This document shows positions 40,955 through 51,189 of a stretch of DNA of 64,000 nt, piece after piece. The DNA is from a virus: IMG/VR virus record IMGVR_UViG_3300029705_000062. The stretch is one strand, 5' to 3'. Position numbers and translations under genes: made by a program. Numbering within the stretch: the stretch's first letter is position 1; every line of letters starts with the position of its first letter. A model generated the notes under the pieces. It had not been told where the DNA came from. It searched no databases and worked only from the letters and a program-made list of their open reading frames with translations.

Positions 40955-42642
40955 TGCTTATGAATAGAATTTTTATTAATAAATTAGATAGAGACTTTGA
41001 ATTAGAGTTATGCAAAGTTAATAAATCTCCTATAAGTCCAATAGATGTTAAGTATGTTGATAGTATTACAAGAAGTTTAAATGAAATAGATAAAATAGAA
41101 TTAACTATACCAAAGACTATTAAAAATGGATTTATGGAAGATGTGATTAATCCACTGTGGAATGAAATTAAGGATGAAAGGCTGATATGTCTTAATGGAG
41201 AAGATTATTTTGTAATTAAAACAAATACCTTCAACACAAATGAACTAAAGAAAAGTATTACAGCATATTCAAGAGAATATAAATTAGGGAAAATAGACAT
41301 AAATGTTGAGGATATAGTTTTTAGGCTTATTACACCTGATGAAGATTTAGAAATATATTCTTTAAATGACCATATGAAAGATGAAACAGGTTGGAAGTTT
41401 GGTCATATAGATGACACTGTTTTATATGATATAGATGTAGAAGGTAATAAAACGGAAAAAGTAAGAATACAAACTACTGTTAATAAAAGATGGTATGATT
41501 ATATTGAAACAGATATTTGTGAAAGTTATAATTGCATAGCTACTTATGATACAGATAAAAAAGAAATTAATTTATATGATATTAATACAGTTGGAGAAAA
41601 TGTTCAATTATATTTATCCAATGATAATTATATAAAAAGTTTATCAAGAGTAGTTAGTAGTGAAGATATTGTAACTAGACTTACACTTATTGGAAGTGAA
41701 GAAATGGATATTATAGGAGCAACGGTTACTGGGTATCCATACTTAGAGGATTATTCATATTTTATGAATAATGGAGAAATGAGTGAAGAACTTATAAATG
41801 ATTTAAAAAAGTATTATGAAATGGTTGAGATTAGGTCTGTTATTTGGGAAGATTTAATAAAAAGAAAGCAAGAAAAACAAGAATTATTAATCAGAAAGAA
41901 AACTGATTTATATGTTATATATGATGAGATTAGAGCTTTAAAAGGCATTAAAGAAGCCTATAGTTCAAATGGGGATACTGTAAATGAAGCTCTTATAATG
42001 GCTCAAATATCTGAAAAAATAGATGCTCAAACTATTTTAGAAATTGAAGTCAAACATCTTGAAGAAGATATTGAAAATTTGGCTTCAAGTATATTAGAGA
42101 TAACAATACTATGCAAAAGAGAAACTGCAACTGATCAAAATGGTGAGCTTATATTTTCTGAAAATACTTTAGAGGAGTTAAAAGAGTTCATATATTGCGA
42201 TACATATTCAAATGATTCATTTTTAGATGTAAAAGACTTATTGGCAACAGGTAAGAGAGAATTATCTTTAAAATGCTATCCAACTACAGATTATGATATA
42301 GATGTAAAAAACTTTATGTCTAGGATAATGGATAATAGTTTTAGGATACATTGGAAAGGTGATTTAGGTTTAGGTGATATTATAATACTTTATGATGAAG
42401 ACCTTGATGAAGAGGTCTTTTTATTTGTAACAGATTATACTCAGAAACCAAACTCTGAGGATGACGGTTTAATTATAACTTTATCTAATAAGAAGTATAA
42501 GGATAAAAACTTAAGAACTATAGCTGATAAGTTAAAAGAAGGAAGTTTGGCTATGAGAACAATCCAAAGGAAAACTTATCTAATGAATGAACAAAAATAT
42601 AATAGATTAAATATGAAAAATTATGAAAGAACTTATGTATAA
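40954..42642 (+). CDS. Tail-associated protein (Tal / prophage tail endopeptidase-like)
   Basis: The ATG overlaps the Dit stop (TAATG). Second gene after the TMP, 562 aa. Confidence 0.55.
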   Translation: MLMNRIFINKLDRDFELELCKVNKSPISPIDVKYVDSITRSLNEIDKIELTIPKTIKNGFMEDVINPLWNEIKDERLICLNGEDYFVIKTNTFNTNELKKSITAYSREYKLGKIDINVEDIVFRLITPDEDLEIYSLNDHMKDETGWKFGHIDDTVLYDIDVEGNKTEKVRIQTTVNKRWYDYIETDICESYNCIATYDTDKKEINLYDINTVGENVQLYLSNDNYIKSLSRVVSSEDIVTRLTLIGSEEMDIIGATVTGYPYLEDYSYFMNNGEMSEELINDLKKYYEMVEIRSVIWEDLIKRKQEKQELLIRKKTDLYVIYDEIRALKGIKEAYSSNGDTVNEALIMAQISEKIDAQTILEIEVKHLEEDIENLASSILEITILCKRETATDQNGELIFSENTLEELKEFIYCDTYSNDSFLDVKDLLATGKRELSLKCYPTTDYDIDVKNFMSRIMDNSFRIHWKGDLGLGDIIILYDEDLDEEVFLFVTDYTQKPNSEDDGLIITLSNKKYKDKNLRTIADKLKEGSLAMRTIQRKTYLMNEQKYNRLNMKNYERTYV

Positions 42643-42656
42643 GGAGGTGGCTTGAT

Positions 42657-45600
42657 ATGGCTTTATATAATAATGTACCCACATTTAGTTATATCCATGC
42701 AACTGGTGTGTCAGTAATATGGAATGGTGAGCTTTATATGGTGCAGGATTTTTCAACAAACTTAAAATATGTTTATTGGAATGCAGATTTACCAAACCAG
42801 TTAAATGCTTCAAACATTATGCCAAACAGATCAACTAAGCAACATTTAGTATTAATAAATGATAATGGTGTTGCAACTGAAGTTCCTCCTACTACAGAAG
42901 ATTTTTCTATTAATTATGATGGAAATAATGTTCAAGCTATTAAAGATAGGATTTTTGGATTATACGAAAAAAATGAAAACTTTGGAAATAAATTTGTTGC
43001 AATAGAACAAGACATTGACGGAATTAAGCAGATTGTAGGTAACTCAGGGGAAAGTTCAGACGGAAGTTTAATTGATAAAGTTTCTAAAATAGAGCAAACT
43101 GTTGAAGAAATAGATTTATCTGTCAAAGAAGTTTCTAAAAAATATAATGATGATAAAGAAACTAATAAATTAAGAGAAGACTTAAATAGCTCTATTATAA
43201 AGTTAAATTCTACTTTAGGTACTTTTAAAGGTGAATTAACAGGCTATTTTAAAAATAATGAAATAACATCTGAGGAAAAAGTTAAGATAGAAACTCAGTT
43301 AGGTATATTAACAAATGAGAAAACTGTACTTGACGGACTTGTTGATACAGTTAAACTAATAGCTGAAAATAACAATCAAACACAAGATGTTGTAGCAATA
43401 GAATCAGCTAAACAAGCTCTACAGATAGCACATGATAATTTATGTAACAACATAACAAATGCTACTATAGATGATATTATAACACCTACTGAAAATACTA
43501 TTATAATAGATGGATTTGCTAAGTATAATTTAAGAATTAATGAATTAAAGAAAACTTGTGATGATGTCATAATACTTGGACTTGGTGGAGTTATAACGGA
43601 AGAGTTGGCTAACATAAATATAAAATCTGATGAAATAAAATTATCTGTTTCTAAGGTTGAAAGTGATTTTAAAAGTGATATGAGTGTTCAAAAGATTGAA
43701 TTTGAAAATCAAATTAAAGATGTTAGTATAGCACTTAATAATTTTGAAAATACTGTTAATACAACTTTTAAAGATGGAATAATAGATGAAGCAGAGAAAC
43801 AACTTCTTCAAGAAAAGATAGGTTTGATTGATAAGGAAAAAGTGGATATAGACTCAAGGTATAATTCTATATCAGAAGATTTAAACTTATCTGAGGAATT
43901 AAAATCTGAATTAACTGCTAAGTACAATGAATATTGTAGTAAGCATAGTGAGTTAAAAGAAAAGATTAATCATGTAATATCAGATGATATGGTTAATGAT
44001 GCTGAAAAATTAGAAGTTGATACTTTGTTTAAAGCCTATGCTAACTCTCTTGCATATTTTTCTGCTTTAATAAACAAGGCTATAGAAGATATTACATTTA
44101 ATACATCTAAAGCTGAGTTGGAAAAGGCTAAGGAGGAACTTCAAAGTAGTATAAACGGAGTAAAAGATACTATTGAAGGTATAGATAAGGTTTTAGATGG
44201 AACATTTGAAAATAATATACTAGATGAAGTTGAGAGAGAAAATATCAAGCAAAATTTAGAAAATTTATCTAGGGAAAAATTAGATATAGATAAAACATAC
44301 ACAGAACTGTATGAAAATACTTATCTAACAGGACAAGATAAAATAGATTTAAAAAATCATTATGATAATTATATTTCTAAGTATAATGAGGTTGTAAATG
44401 TATCAAATGGTATATTAGAAAAAGAAGAATTAATCGACAATGTTGATAGAGCAAATATGAATAGTGCTATTGCTAAACATAATGAAGCTCTTTCTTTCTT
44501 CTACACTCAGGCTAATAAATCTATTGATGTTATAGCAACTAATAAAGTAAATAGTGCAAAGAATGAATTGTCTAATAATATTGATAAAATAAGAAATGAT
44601 GTTAGTGGACTAAATGACTACATTGATGGAACTTTTAAAAATAATGTTATAGATGATGCAGAAAGAAAATCTATATCGCAAAATATAGAAACTCTAAATA
44701 GAGAAAAAGCAGATATAGATAAGACATATGAAGTATTATACTCAAATGTATACTTAGAAGGAAGTTTAAAAGTAGATTTAAAAAATAGTTATGATGATTT
44801 TGTTTCTAAACATAATAATGTTTTAAGTGTTATACAAAATATCTTAGATAAGGAAACACTTATAAATGATAATGATAGAGAAAATATGAGCAATTCATTT
44901 ACTGAATTAAACTCATCTCTTTCTATACTTATAAATAATATAAGTAAGGCATCTGAATATGTAACTATAAAAAGTATAGAAGCTACAAAATTAGAGTTAC
45001 AAGAACAAATAAAAGGTGCAAATGATAGAATAGATGATGTTATTTCAGAAGTTGAAGGAGTTTTAGGTGATGGTATTATTGATGAAGCTGAGACTATAAC
45101 TATTGCCGATAATATAAATAGACTTAACAAAGAAAAGCTAGAAATAGATGCTAAGTATGAAACTATTTATAATAACTCTGATTTAGATGGAGATGTAAAA
45201 ACTCAATTAGCTAATGCCAAGAAAGATTTTGATACTAAATTCTCTTCTGTTGTTGATACTATAAATACTATAGTTGACGATAAAAAGATTACAGATGAAG
45301 AAAGACTTAAATTTCAAAATGATATAAATTCTTACAATACAAGTTTTGCTAATTTAGTTAAACATTTTGATATATGCATTGACTATATTGCTAATAAAAA
45401 AGTAGACAATGTATCAAGTTCTCTATCAAAAGAGTTACAAGAACTACAAGGTGCATTAGGTGGTTTAGAAGAAACTATGAATGGAACTTTTAAAGACGGT
45501 ATTTTATCTGATGCTGAGAAAAATGCTATAAAGCAAAATTTAAAAACATTAGAAACCAGTAAGTTAAATGTAGACAAGCAATATGATGTAGTCTACAACA

Positions 45601-47165
45601 ATGAAGCTCTTACTGGTAATGTAAAAACTGAGTTAGAAAGTTCTTATAATAATTATATTTCAAAATATAATTCTTTAGTAGTAGTTATAAATAATATCTT
45701 GGATAAAACAGGATTATTAGTTGAAGCTGATAATACAACTCTTAACAATGCTTTTAAAGAACATAATACAGCAATGAGTTCCTATAATGAAAAAGTAAAT
45801 ATAGCAATAGACTACATTGCTACAAAAAATATAGAAAATGCAAAAAATGAGCTTTCTAATAATATTAATGAGTTAAATGGAGCATTAAATAATTTAGAAA
45901 GTACAATGAATAATGCTTTCAAAGACGGTGTTTTATCAGAAGCAGAAAAGAGTTCTATAAAGCAACATTTATTATCTGTATCAAGTAAAAAATCTGATAT
46001 AGATAAAAGATATGCAACATTATGTGCAAATGAAAATTTAGAGGAAGAGCCAAAAGCCAATTTAACAACAGCTTACAATAGTTATATAAGTTCATATAAT
46101 TCTCTTGTTAAAGTAATTAATAATATACTTGAAAAAGAAGGTTTAATAGATAGTACAGATCAAACTGATTTAAATAATGCATTTAAGGAACATGATAATA
46201 AATTAGGTTTATATACAACTGCTGATTTAAATGCACTTAATTCCATAGCAAAGAAGAAGGCTGAAGTTGAAAGTGAAAAGGTTGATAAGAAATATGCTGA
46301 AATAATCCTTGATCCTGAAAATGGAATACTAAGTAAGGTGGAGCATGTTAATGAACAACTGAATGGAGATGGTGGAATAAACCAAAGACTTCAACTTGCA
46401 GAAGAAAAAATTACAGCAGAAGGTATAACTCAAATTGTTAAAGATATTGAATATATTAAAGATATTGAGGCAGGAGTTGAAACAAATAGGCAAAATATAT
46501 CTGAGATAGACCAAAAGGCTGATAGTATAAATCTAAAAGTTGAAAGCAAGGCAGATAGTTCTAATATAATTAGTTTGATAAATGTTTCAACAGAAGGTAT
46601 TAAAATAAAAGCAGATAAAGTTAATATAACTGGATTTGTTACATTTAGTGATTTATCAGGAACAGGAACTACTACCATAAATGGGAGTAATATAAAGACA
46701 GGTACTATAAATGCAAATTTAGCAAATATAATTAATATTAATGCAAGTAATATAGTAACAGGTACACTTAATGCAAGTCTTATAAATGTTACTAACCTTA
46801 ATGCAAGTAATATAACTACAGGTACATTAAGTGGTGATAGGATAACTGGTGGTATAATAGAGGGTACAACATTAAAAACGGTTGAACCTAGTACAGTAGG
46901 TGGAGTTTGGATAAAAAGAGATGGACTACAGCTTGGTTCAACAACTTTTCATTATGTTGATGATAAATTTAAAATAGAAGCAACCCAAAACGTATCTATA
47001 TCTACTATGGATGAAATACATTTAATGGCAGGTTTAAAACAAGACGGTACACCTGACCCAAATAAAGAAAGACTTATAAATTTAAGTGGTAAAGTAACTT
47101 GCAACTCACTTTATGTCAATGGAGTTCAAATAACTGGAAATGGTGGAGTAGCTGTTTTCGGATAG
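42657..47165 (+). CDS. Giant tail fibre / minor structural protein, 1502 aa
   Basis: Modular coiled-coil repeats. C-terminal NASNI(V/T)TGTLNA repeats. Confidence 0.65.
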   Translation: MALYNNVPTFSYIHATGVSVIWNGELYMVQDFSTNLKYVYWNADLPNQLNASNIMPNRSTKQHLVLINDNGVATEVPPTTEDFSINYDGNNVQAIKDRIFGLYEKNENFGNKFVAIEQDIDGIKQIVGNSGESSDGSLIDKVSKIEQTVEEIDLSVKEVSKKYNDDKETNKLREDLNSSIIKLNSTLGTFKGELTGYFKNNEITSEEKVKIETQLGILTNEKTVLDGLVDTVKLIAENNNQTQDVVAIESAKQALQIAHDNLCNNITNATIDDIITPTENTIIIDGFAKYNLRINELKKTCDDVIILGLGGVITEELANINIKSDEIKLSVSKVESDFKSDMSVQKIEFENQIKDVSIALNNFENTVNTTFKDGIIDEAEKQLLQEKIGLIDKEKVDIDSRYNSISEDLNLSEELKSELTAKYNEYCSKHSELKEKINHVISDDMVNDAEKLEVDTLFKAYANSLAYFSALINKAIEDITFNTSKAELEKAKEELQSSINGVKDTIEGIDKVLDGTFENNILDEVERENIKQNLENLSREKLDIDKTYTELYENTYLTGQDKIDLKNHYDNYISKYNEVVNVSNGILEKEELIDNVDRANMNSAIAKHNEALSFFYTQANKSIDVIATNKVNSAKNELSNNIDKIRNDVSGLNDYIDGTFKNNVIDDAERKSISQNIETLNREKADIDKTYEVLYSNVYLEGSLKVDLKNSYDDFVSKHNNVLSVIQNILDKETLINDNDRENMSNSFTELNSSLSILINNISKASEYVTIKSIEATKLELQEQIKGANDRIDDVISEVEGVLGDGIIDEAETITIADNINRLNKEKLEIDAKYETIYNNSDLDGDVKTQLANAKKDFDTKFSSVVDTINTIVDDKKITDEERLKFQNDINSYNTSFANLVKHFDICIDYIANKKVDNVSSSLSKELQELQGALGGLEETMNGTFKDGILSDAEKNAIKQNLKTLETSKLNVDKQYDVVYNNEALTGNVKTELESSYNNYISKYNSLVVVINNILDKTGLLVEADNTTLNNAFKEHNTAMSSYNEKVNIAIDYIATKNIENAKNELSNNINELNGALNNLESTMNNAFKDGVLSEAEKSSIKQHLLSVSSKKSDIDKRYATLCANENLEEEPKANLTTAYNSYISSYNSLVKVINNILEKEGLIDSTDQTDLNNAFKEHDNKLGLYTTADLNALNSIAKKKAEVESEKVDKKYAEIILDPENGILSKVEHVNEQLNGDGGINQRLQLAEEKITAEGITQIVKDIEYIKDIEAGVETNRQNISEIDQKADSINLKVESKADSSNIISLINVSTEGIKIKADKVNITGFVTFSDLSGTGTTTINGSNIKTGTINANLANIININASNIVTGTLNASLINVTNLNASNITTGTLSGDRITGGIIEGTTLKTVEPSTVGGVWIKRDGLQLGSTTFHYVDDKFKIEATQNVSISTMDEIHLMAGLKQDGTPDPNKERLINLSGKVTCNSLYVNGVQITGNGGVAVFG
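43700..46250 (+). repeat. Six modules of about 143 aa (about 430-nt period) in the giant fibre gene
   Basis: Each module has (G)TFK(D/N)(G/N)(I/V)(I/L)D(E/D)AE(K/R)..I.QN...L...K.DIDK.Y..(L/V)Y.N..L.G. Copies start near 43764, 44200, 44630, 45065, 45485 and 45915. Confidence 0.75.
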
Positions 47166-47175
47166 GGGGTAAATA

Positions 47176-48531
47176 ATGGCACAATTATATGTAAACACAG
47201 TTACAGCTAGTAGTTTTAGGTGGAGTGTAACAGGCTTGGGAAGTAGTTTTACATCTTCAAATTATACAAGTGTAGGTATATCTACAAGTTATTTTACAAG
47301 TGGAACTACTACTAGACCAAATGTATTAACCTATACACAAAGTTATACAGGTACAACATCAACTAATACAACTACTTTTTATCATAGTTTAAGTGCAGGT
47401 ACTTATACTTTATATGGATTTGCTTCAACTGGTGGAAAGTATTATAGTTGTGGTAGTGTTACAATAACTGTTCCAAGCTCAGATTCAACCGCTCCAACAA
47501 TAGGAACTCTAACCGTTGATGTACCTTCTCATGGATATGTCAATACAACAACATTTACCGCAAGTGCTGTTGTAACAGATAATGTTGGGGTTTCAAATGT
47601 TACATGTACTTTTAATGGATCAACTTATTCGTATGGTAGTAAAAGTGGAAGTACATATTACTTTAGATTAAATACTCCAACTTCAGGAGCAACTAGAACT
47701 CTTACTTTTAATGCTTATGATAGTGCAGGTAACAGTAGATCAAAATCTACTTCTGTATGGTGTTGTTATGACGGTACAGCTCCTTCTATATCATATATAG
47801 AAGCTGTGAGTGTAGGTACTGCAATTAAAGTTGGACTTACTGCAAGTGATTCTTTGTCAGGGGTAGGAGAAGTTTCATATAGAATATCTCCACCTTCTAG
47901 TAGCCAACCTGCTGAAAGTTCCTTTGGAAACCTACAATCAATAGATGTGTCAAACGGAGGGAGTAATTCATACACCTACTATTCGGATGGTAATGGCAAT
48001 AGTCTTTCATATGGTAGTAAATATTGGATTCAATATACCGTAAAAGATAAAGCAGGAAATTATAGTAGTAAAAAATATGCTTCCTGTGTAGTAGAGTATG
48101 CAAAGCCAAGTGCTTGGACTTGGACTCAAGCAGAATTAAATGCTTTTCAAAATGGTGGAAGTATATCGACATTAACATGGCAAAGGTGGAATGCATTTGT
48201 TGACAATGTAGTGGCAATGGCAAAGTGGAAAATAGGAGATAGTTACACACAATATGATTTAGCAAATGCTAGAATGACACAAGATAATAAAAAACTTACT
48301 GCTAATAAATTTAATTTAGTTAGATTTGCAATAGGAAGTATGAACTCTAGTGGAAGTGGCATTTCGGCTGTTGTAAGTGGGGATAGAGTTATGGGTTCGT
48401 ACTTCACACAGCTAAGAGATAGATTAAATGGAATAGAAAGAAGTTCAGCAATAGGCTCAATGGAACAAATTCACAACATAGATTTGTTATATGATATAGG
48501 GAGAATAGAAGATGCAATTAGAAGCGAGTAA
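47176..48531 (+). CDS. Tail fibre/receptor-binding candidate with S/T-rich N-terminus and two Ig-like D.TAP.I...D..GV..V segments
   Basis: DSTAPTIGTLTVDV...VTDNVGVSNV and DGTAPSISYIEAV...SDSLSGVGEV. Confidence 0.5.
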   Translation: MAQLYVNTVTASSFRWSVTGLGSSFTSSNYTSVGISTSYFTSGTTTRPNVLTYTQSYTGTTSTNTTTFYHSLSAGTYTLYGFASTGGKYYSCGSVTITVPSSDSTAPTIGTLTVDVPSHGYVNTTTFTASAVVTDNVGVSNVTCTFNGSTYSYGSKSGSTYYFRLNTPTSGATRTLTFNAYDSAGNSRSKSTSVWCCYDGTAPSISYIEAVSVGTAIKVGLTASDSLSGVGEVSYRISPPSSSQPAESSFGNLQSIDVSNGGSNSYTYYSDGNGNSLSYGSKYWIQYTVKDKAGNYSSKKYASCVVEYAKPSAWTWTQAELNAFQNGGSISTLTWQRWNAFVDNVVAMAKWKIGDSYTQYDLANARMTQDNKKLTANKFNLVRFAIGSMNSSGSGISAVVSGDRVMGSYFTQLRDRLNGIERSSAIGSMEQIHNIDLLYDIGRIEDAIRSE

Positions 48532-48661
48532 ATTATACAATGTTGCACTAGAGCAATGTATGGTATTACAACAACAAGTAATAGAATTAAGAGCTTTATA
48601 TTTACAAGCAAAGGAAGAATTAGATAGATTAAAAAGCGAAGGAATTGAACTAAGCGAATAG
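48512..48661 (+). CDS. Possible small coiled-coil protein (49 aa), below the ORF-track size cutoff
   Basis: ATG after a GGGAGAATAGAAG RBS. Translates to MQLEASKLYNVALEQCMVLQQQVIELRALYLQAKEELDRLKSEGIELSE. Overlaps the upstream stop by 20 nt. Confidence 0.35.
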   Translation: MQLEASKLYNVALEQCMVLQQQVIELRALYLQAKEELDRLKSEGIELSE

Positions 48662-48672
48662 AAGGTGATATT

Positions 48673-49422
48673 ATGGCAAGTCAAGTGATACCTTTTAGAA
48701 AAATAAAAAAAATAGATATAATTAATGTAAAAGGCGGTATAACTGCAAGTGATGTTATGAAAAAATACAAACCTGATATATTAATTAACTTAGCTTTATA
48801 TGATGTAAACTCAGGAACAAATATAACTTATTTAGAAGATGAAAATATTTCTAGTGGGTATTTATTTTCAAATAATGGAATTGGAATAAAAAATGATAAA
48901 GAATTAGTATGGACTACTTTTGATAATTCTAAATCTAGTAAAGATATTAGAGACTATGTATCAGGTAGTCCTGTTTTGGTTTCAAATGGTAAAGTTGATA
49001 TAGACTGGGGAAATAAATACTCATCATATGTTAATGGAACTCACAAAAGAAGTGCAATAGGATTTAATGATAATAGTTTAATTCTTATATGCACTGATAA
49101 TGAAGTTAAATTAAATTCACTAGCAAATACTTGTGTAAATAACTTTGGTGCAAAGTTTATGATTAACTGTGATGGTGGAGGTAGTTGCCATTTACAAGTA
49201 GGAACAAAAATATATGTTAAAAGCACAAGAAAAAATGCCAGTTGGTTGCTAGTATATCTAAGAGGTGAAAATGATATGGTAGTCAAAGTAGACGGAAAAG
49301 AATATGATTTTGATGCTGTAACTAAAGATGGATACACTTATGTAAAGTTAAGGGACTTTGAACAAGCAGGTTATTTGATAGGATATGAAAATAATATGCC
49401 TTCAATAGATAAGCCAAAATAG
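48673..49422 (+). CDS. Phosphodiester glycosidase (NAGPA/DUF2233)-like domain protein
   Basis: RSAIGFNDNSLILICTD...LANTC..FGAKFMINCDGGGSCHL matches the 'RtaiG...l.l...dg......lGa..a.nLDGGGS' pattern (from memory). Confidence 0.55.
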   Translation: MASQVIPFRKIKKIDIINVKGGITASDVMKKYKPDILINLALYDVNSGTNITYLEDENISSGYLFSNNGIGIKNDKELVWTTFDNSKSSKDIRDYVSGSPVLVSNGKVDIDWGNKYSSYVNGTHKRSAIGFNDNSLILICTDNEVKLNSLANTCVNNFGAKFMINCDGGGSCHLQVGTKIYVKSTRKNASWLLVYLRGENDMVVKVDGKEYDFDAVTKDGYTYVKLRDFEQAGYLIGYENNMPSIDKPK

Positions 49423-49427
49423 GGGGT

Positions 49428-49763
49428 GTGCTTTTGCTTAAAATAGATAATAAAAGAAGAATACAGATAGTAAAAGGTGATACAGCTATATTTGACATAA
49501 CTGTAAATAATTATGAATTTGTAGAAGGTGATAAAATCTATTTTACAGTTAAAACAAGTGTAGGTGATACAGAAAGTATCATACAAAAAGTTGTCTCTGT
49601 TTTTGATGAAAATAAAGCTAAGGTAATTTTTTGTAAAGAAGACACAAATGTAGATGTGGGTGTATATCTATATGATGTACAATGCTCACTTACAAATGGA
49701 GTTGTTGATACTATTATTCCTCCTACTAGATTTGAAGTGTTAGGGGGAGTAACACATGATTAG
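49428..49763 (+). CDS. Small beta-rich structural protein, about 110 aa (GTG/TTG start)
   Basis: ORF whose end overlaps the next gene. Confidence 0.45.
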   Translation: MLLLKIDNKRRIQIVKGDTAIFDITVNNYEFVEGDKIYFTVKTSVGDTESIIQKVVSVFDENKAKVIFCKEDTNVDVGVYLYDVQCSLTNGVVDTIIPPTRFEVLGGVTHD

Positions 49764-50670
49764 ACAGAAGTTGAGGTCATACAGTAACTCTATGAATAGT
49801 TTAGAATGTGATATTTCTGTAGGTAGAGGAGAAAAAGGTGAAGCCTTTACATTTGATGACTTTACTCAGGAGCAATTAGAACTACTAAGAGGAGAAAAAG
49901 GTGACAAAGGTCAACCATTTACTTATGACGATTTTACCCAAGACCAGTTAGAATCACTAAAAGGTGAAAAAGGTGATAAAGGTGAAAAGGGAGATACTGG
50001 TACACAAGGGGAAAAAGGTGATAAAGGAGATGCCTTTACTTACAATGACTTTACCCCTGAACAACTTGAGTTGCTAAAAGGTGAAAAAGGTGAAGCAGGA
50101 GATAAGGGACAAGATGGCAAGAATATTGAACTTAATAAATCAGATTCTCATATCCAATATAAGCATACTGGTGAAGAAGAGTGGATAGATTTAGTTCCAT
50201 TAGATGATTTAAAAGTTAAGGATGAAGTTATAGATACTCTTTTATCTCAAATTCAACAGCTTACAGATAGAATTACTGCACTTGAAGAAAATGGGGTTAA
50301 ACCACCTGAAGATAAACAAGCTCCTACCTTTATAGGGTTAATTTCTCCATTTAAGGATATAAGTGATATCACATATACAGATTTAGATGTAGATACAGTT
50401 CAAAAAAATATTGTATCTAAACCACAGTCTGTATATGCTCATAGTTCAGGAACTCAATTTAACAGGTCTTGTATTATAGCCATACCTAAATCATTTGGTA
50501 CTATAACAGGAGTTGTTGATGGAGCAGATATAAGTATAACTGGCTCTTATCATTGGAGTGAAGTAAATCTTGAAGTGCCTAATATCGGAACAGTTGAATA
50601 TATAATAGGTGGAAATAAAAAAGCTCAGGCTTATAATAATTCTTCTGTTGTTAAATGGAGTTTAGTATAA
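49756..50670 (+). CDS. Collagen-like repeat fibre protein
   Basis: G-X-Y runs (GEKGDKGEKGDTGTQGEKGDKGD) interleaved with four FT(F/Y)(D/N)DFT.(E/D)QLE(L/S)L(R/K)GEKG units. Confidence 0.7.
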   Translation: MIRQKLRSYSNSMNSLECDISVGRGEKGEAFTFDDFTQEQLELLRGEKGDKGQPFTYDDFTQDQLESLKGEKGDKGEKGDTGTQGEKGDKGDAFTYNDFTPEQLELLKGEKGEAGDKGQDGKNIELNKSDSHIQYKHTGEEEWIDLVPLDDLKVKDEVIDTLLSQIQQLTDRITALEENGVKPPEDKQAPTFIGLISPFKDISDITYTDLDVDTVQKNIVSKPQSVYAHSSGTQFNRSCIIAIPKSFGTITGVVDGADISITGSYHWSEVNLEVPNIGTVEYIIGGNKKAQAYNNSSVVKWSLV

Positions 50671-50695
50671 ATAATTGTAAAGGGGTGAATTTATC

Positions 50696-51094
50696 TTGAA
50701 AGATTTTATAATGGAAATAGATAACTCTTATCCTATTCCTTCCCAAGTTTCCATAATGTCAGGCAATGAGCCTATAGATATGCGACAAACTTGTGATACT
50801 GTTGATGATTTTGAAAAATTTAAAACTGATACAGGTATGGAGTTAAGATATGGGGGTCTTATAACTTATGAAAAAAGTACTAAGTTATTTAAAGGCTGTA
50901 TAGAAAATGAAGATGGAACTTTTTCTTGGACTGACCTTAATATTGAAGGAGAGAAAACAATAGTTGAACAAATAATTGAAACAAAAATAGTAGAAATGAA
51001 AGATACTGTTAATCAATTACAAGAAAAAGTTTCTTCTGTTATGCTTGAATTTGAAGAAAGCATGAGATTAATGAGTTTAGATTTTAATCAATAA
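50696..51094 (+). CDS. Hypothetical protein, 132 aa (TTG start)
   Basis: ORF after an AAAGGGGTG RBS, followed by a terminator. Confidence 0.45.
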   Translation: MKDFIMEIDNSYPIPSQVSIMSGNEPIDMRQTCDTVDDFEKFKTDTGMELRYGGLITYEKSTKLFKGCIENEDGTFSWTDLNIEGEKTIVEQIIETKIVEMKDTVNQLQEKVSSVMLEFEESMRLMSLDFNQ

Positions 51095-51098
51095 GACA

Positions 51099-51146
51099 AA
51101 AAAAACCAAGTTGTGTTAAGTCAATTAGCATTAACTTGGTTTTTAT
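51099..51146 (+). terminator. Rho-independent terminator
   Basis: AAAAACCAAGTT ... AACTTGGTTTTT. Confidence 0.7.
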
Positions 51147-51189
51147 TTATAAATAATAAAAAATATATATTAAGAAAGGTGATTTTAAA

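Noticed and set aside
27324-47000. Many 60-140-aa minus-strand ORFs inside the tape-measure and fibre genes (e.g. 27324..27719, 28341..28742, 31701..32096, 44789..45130)
   Set aside because: They are antisense to long, clearly coding A/G-rich genes and yield S/F/L-rich low-complexity products with no RBS. These are typical shadow ORFs.
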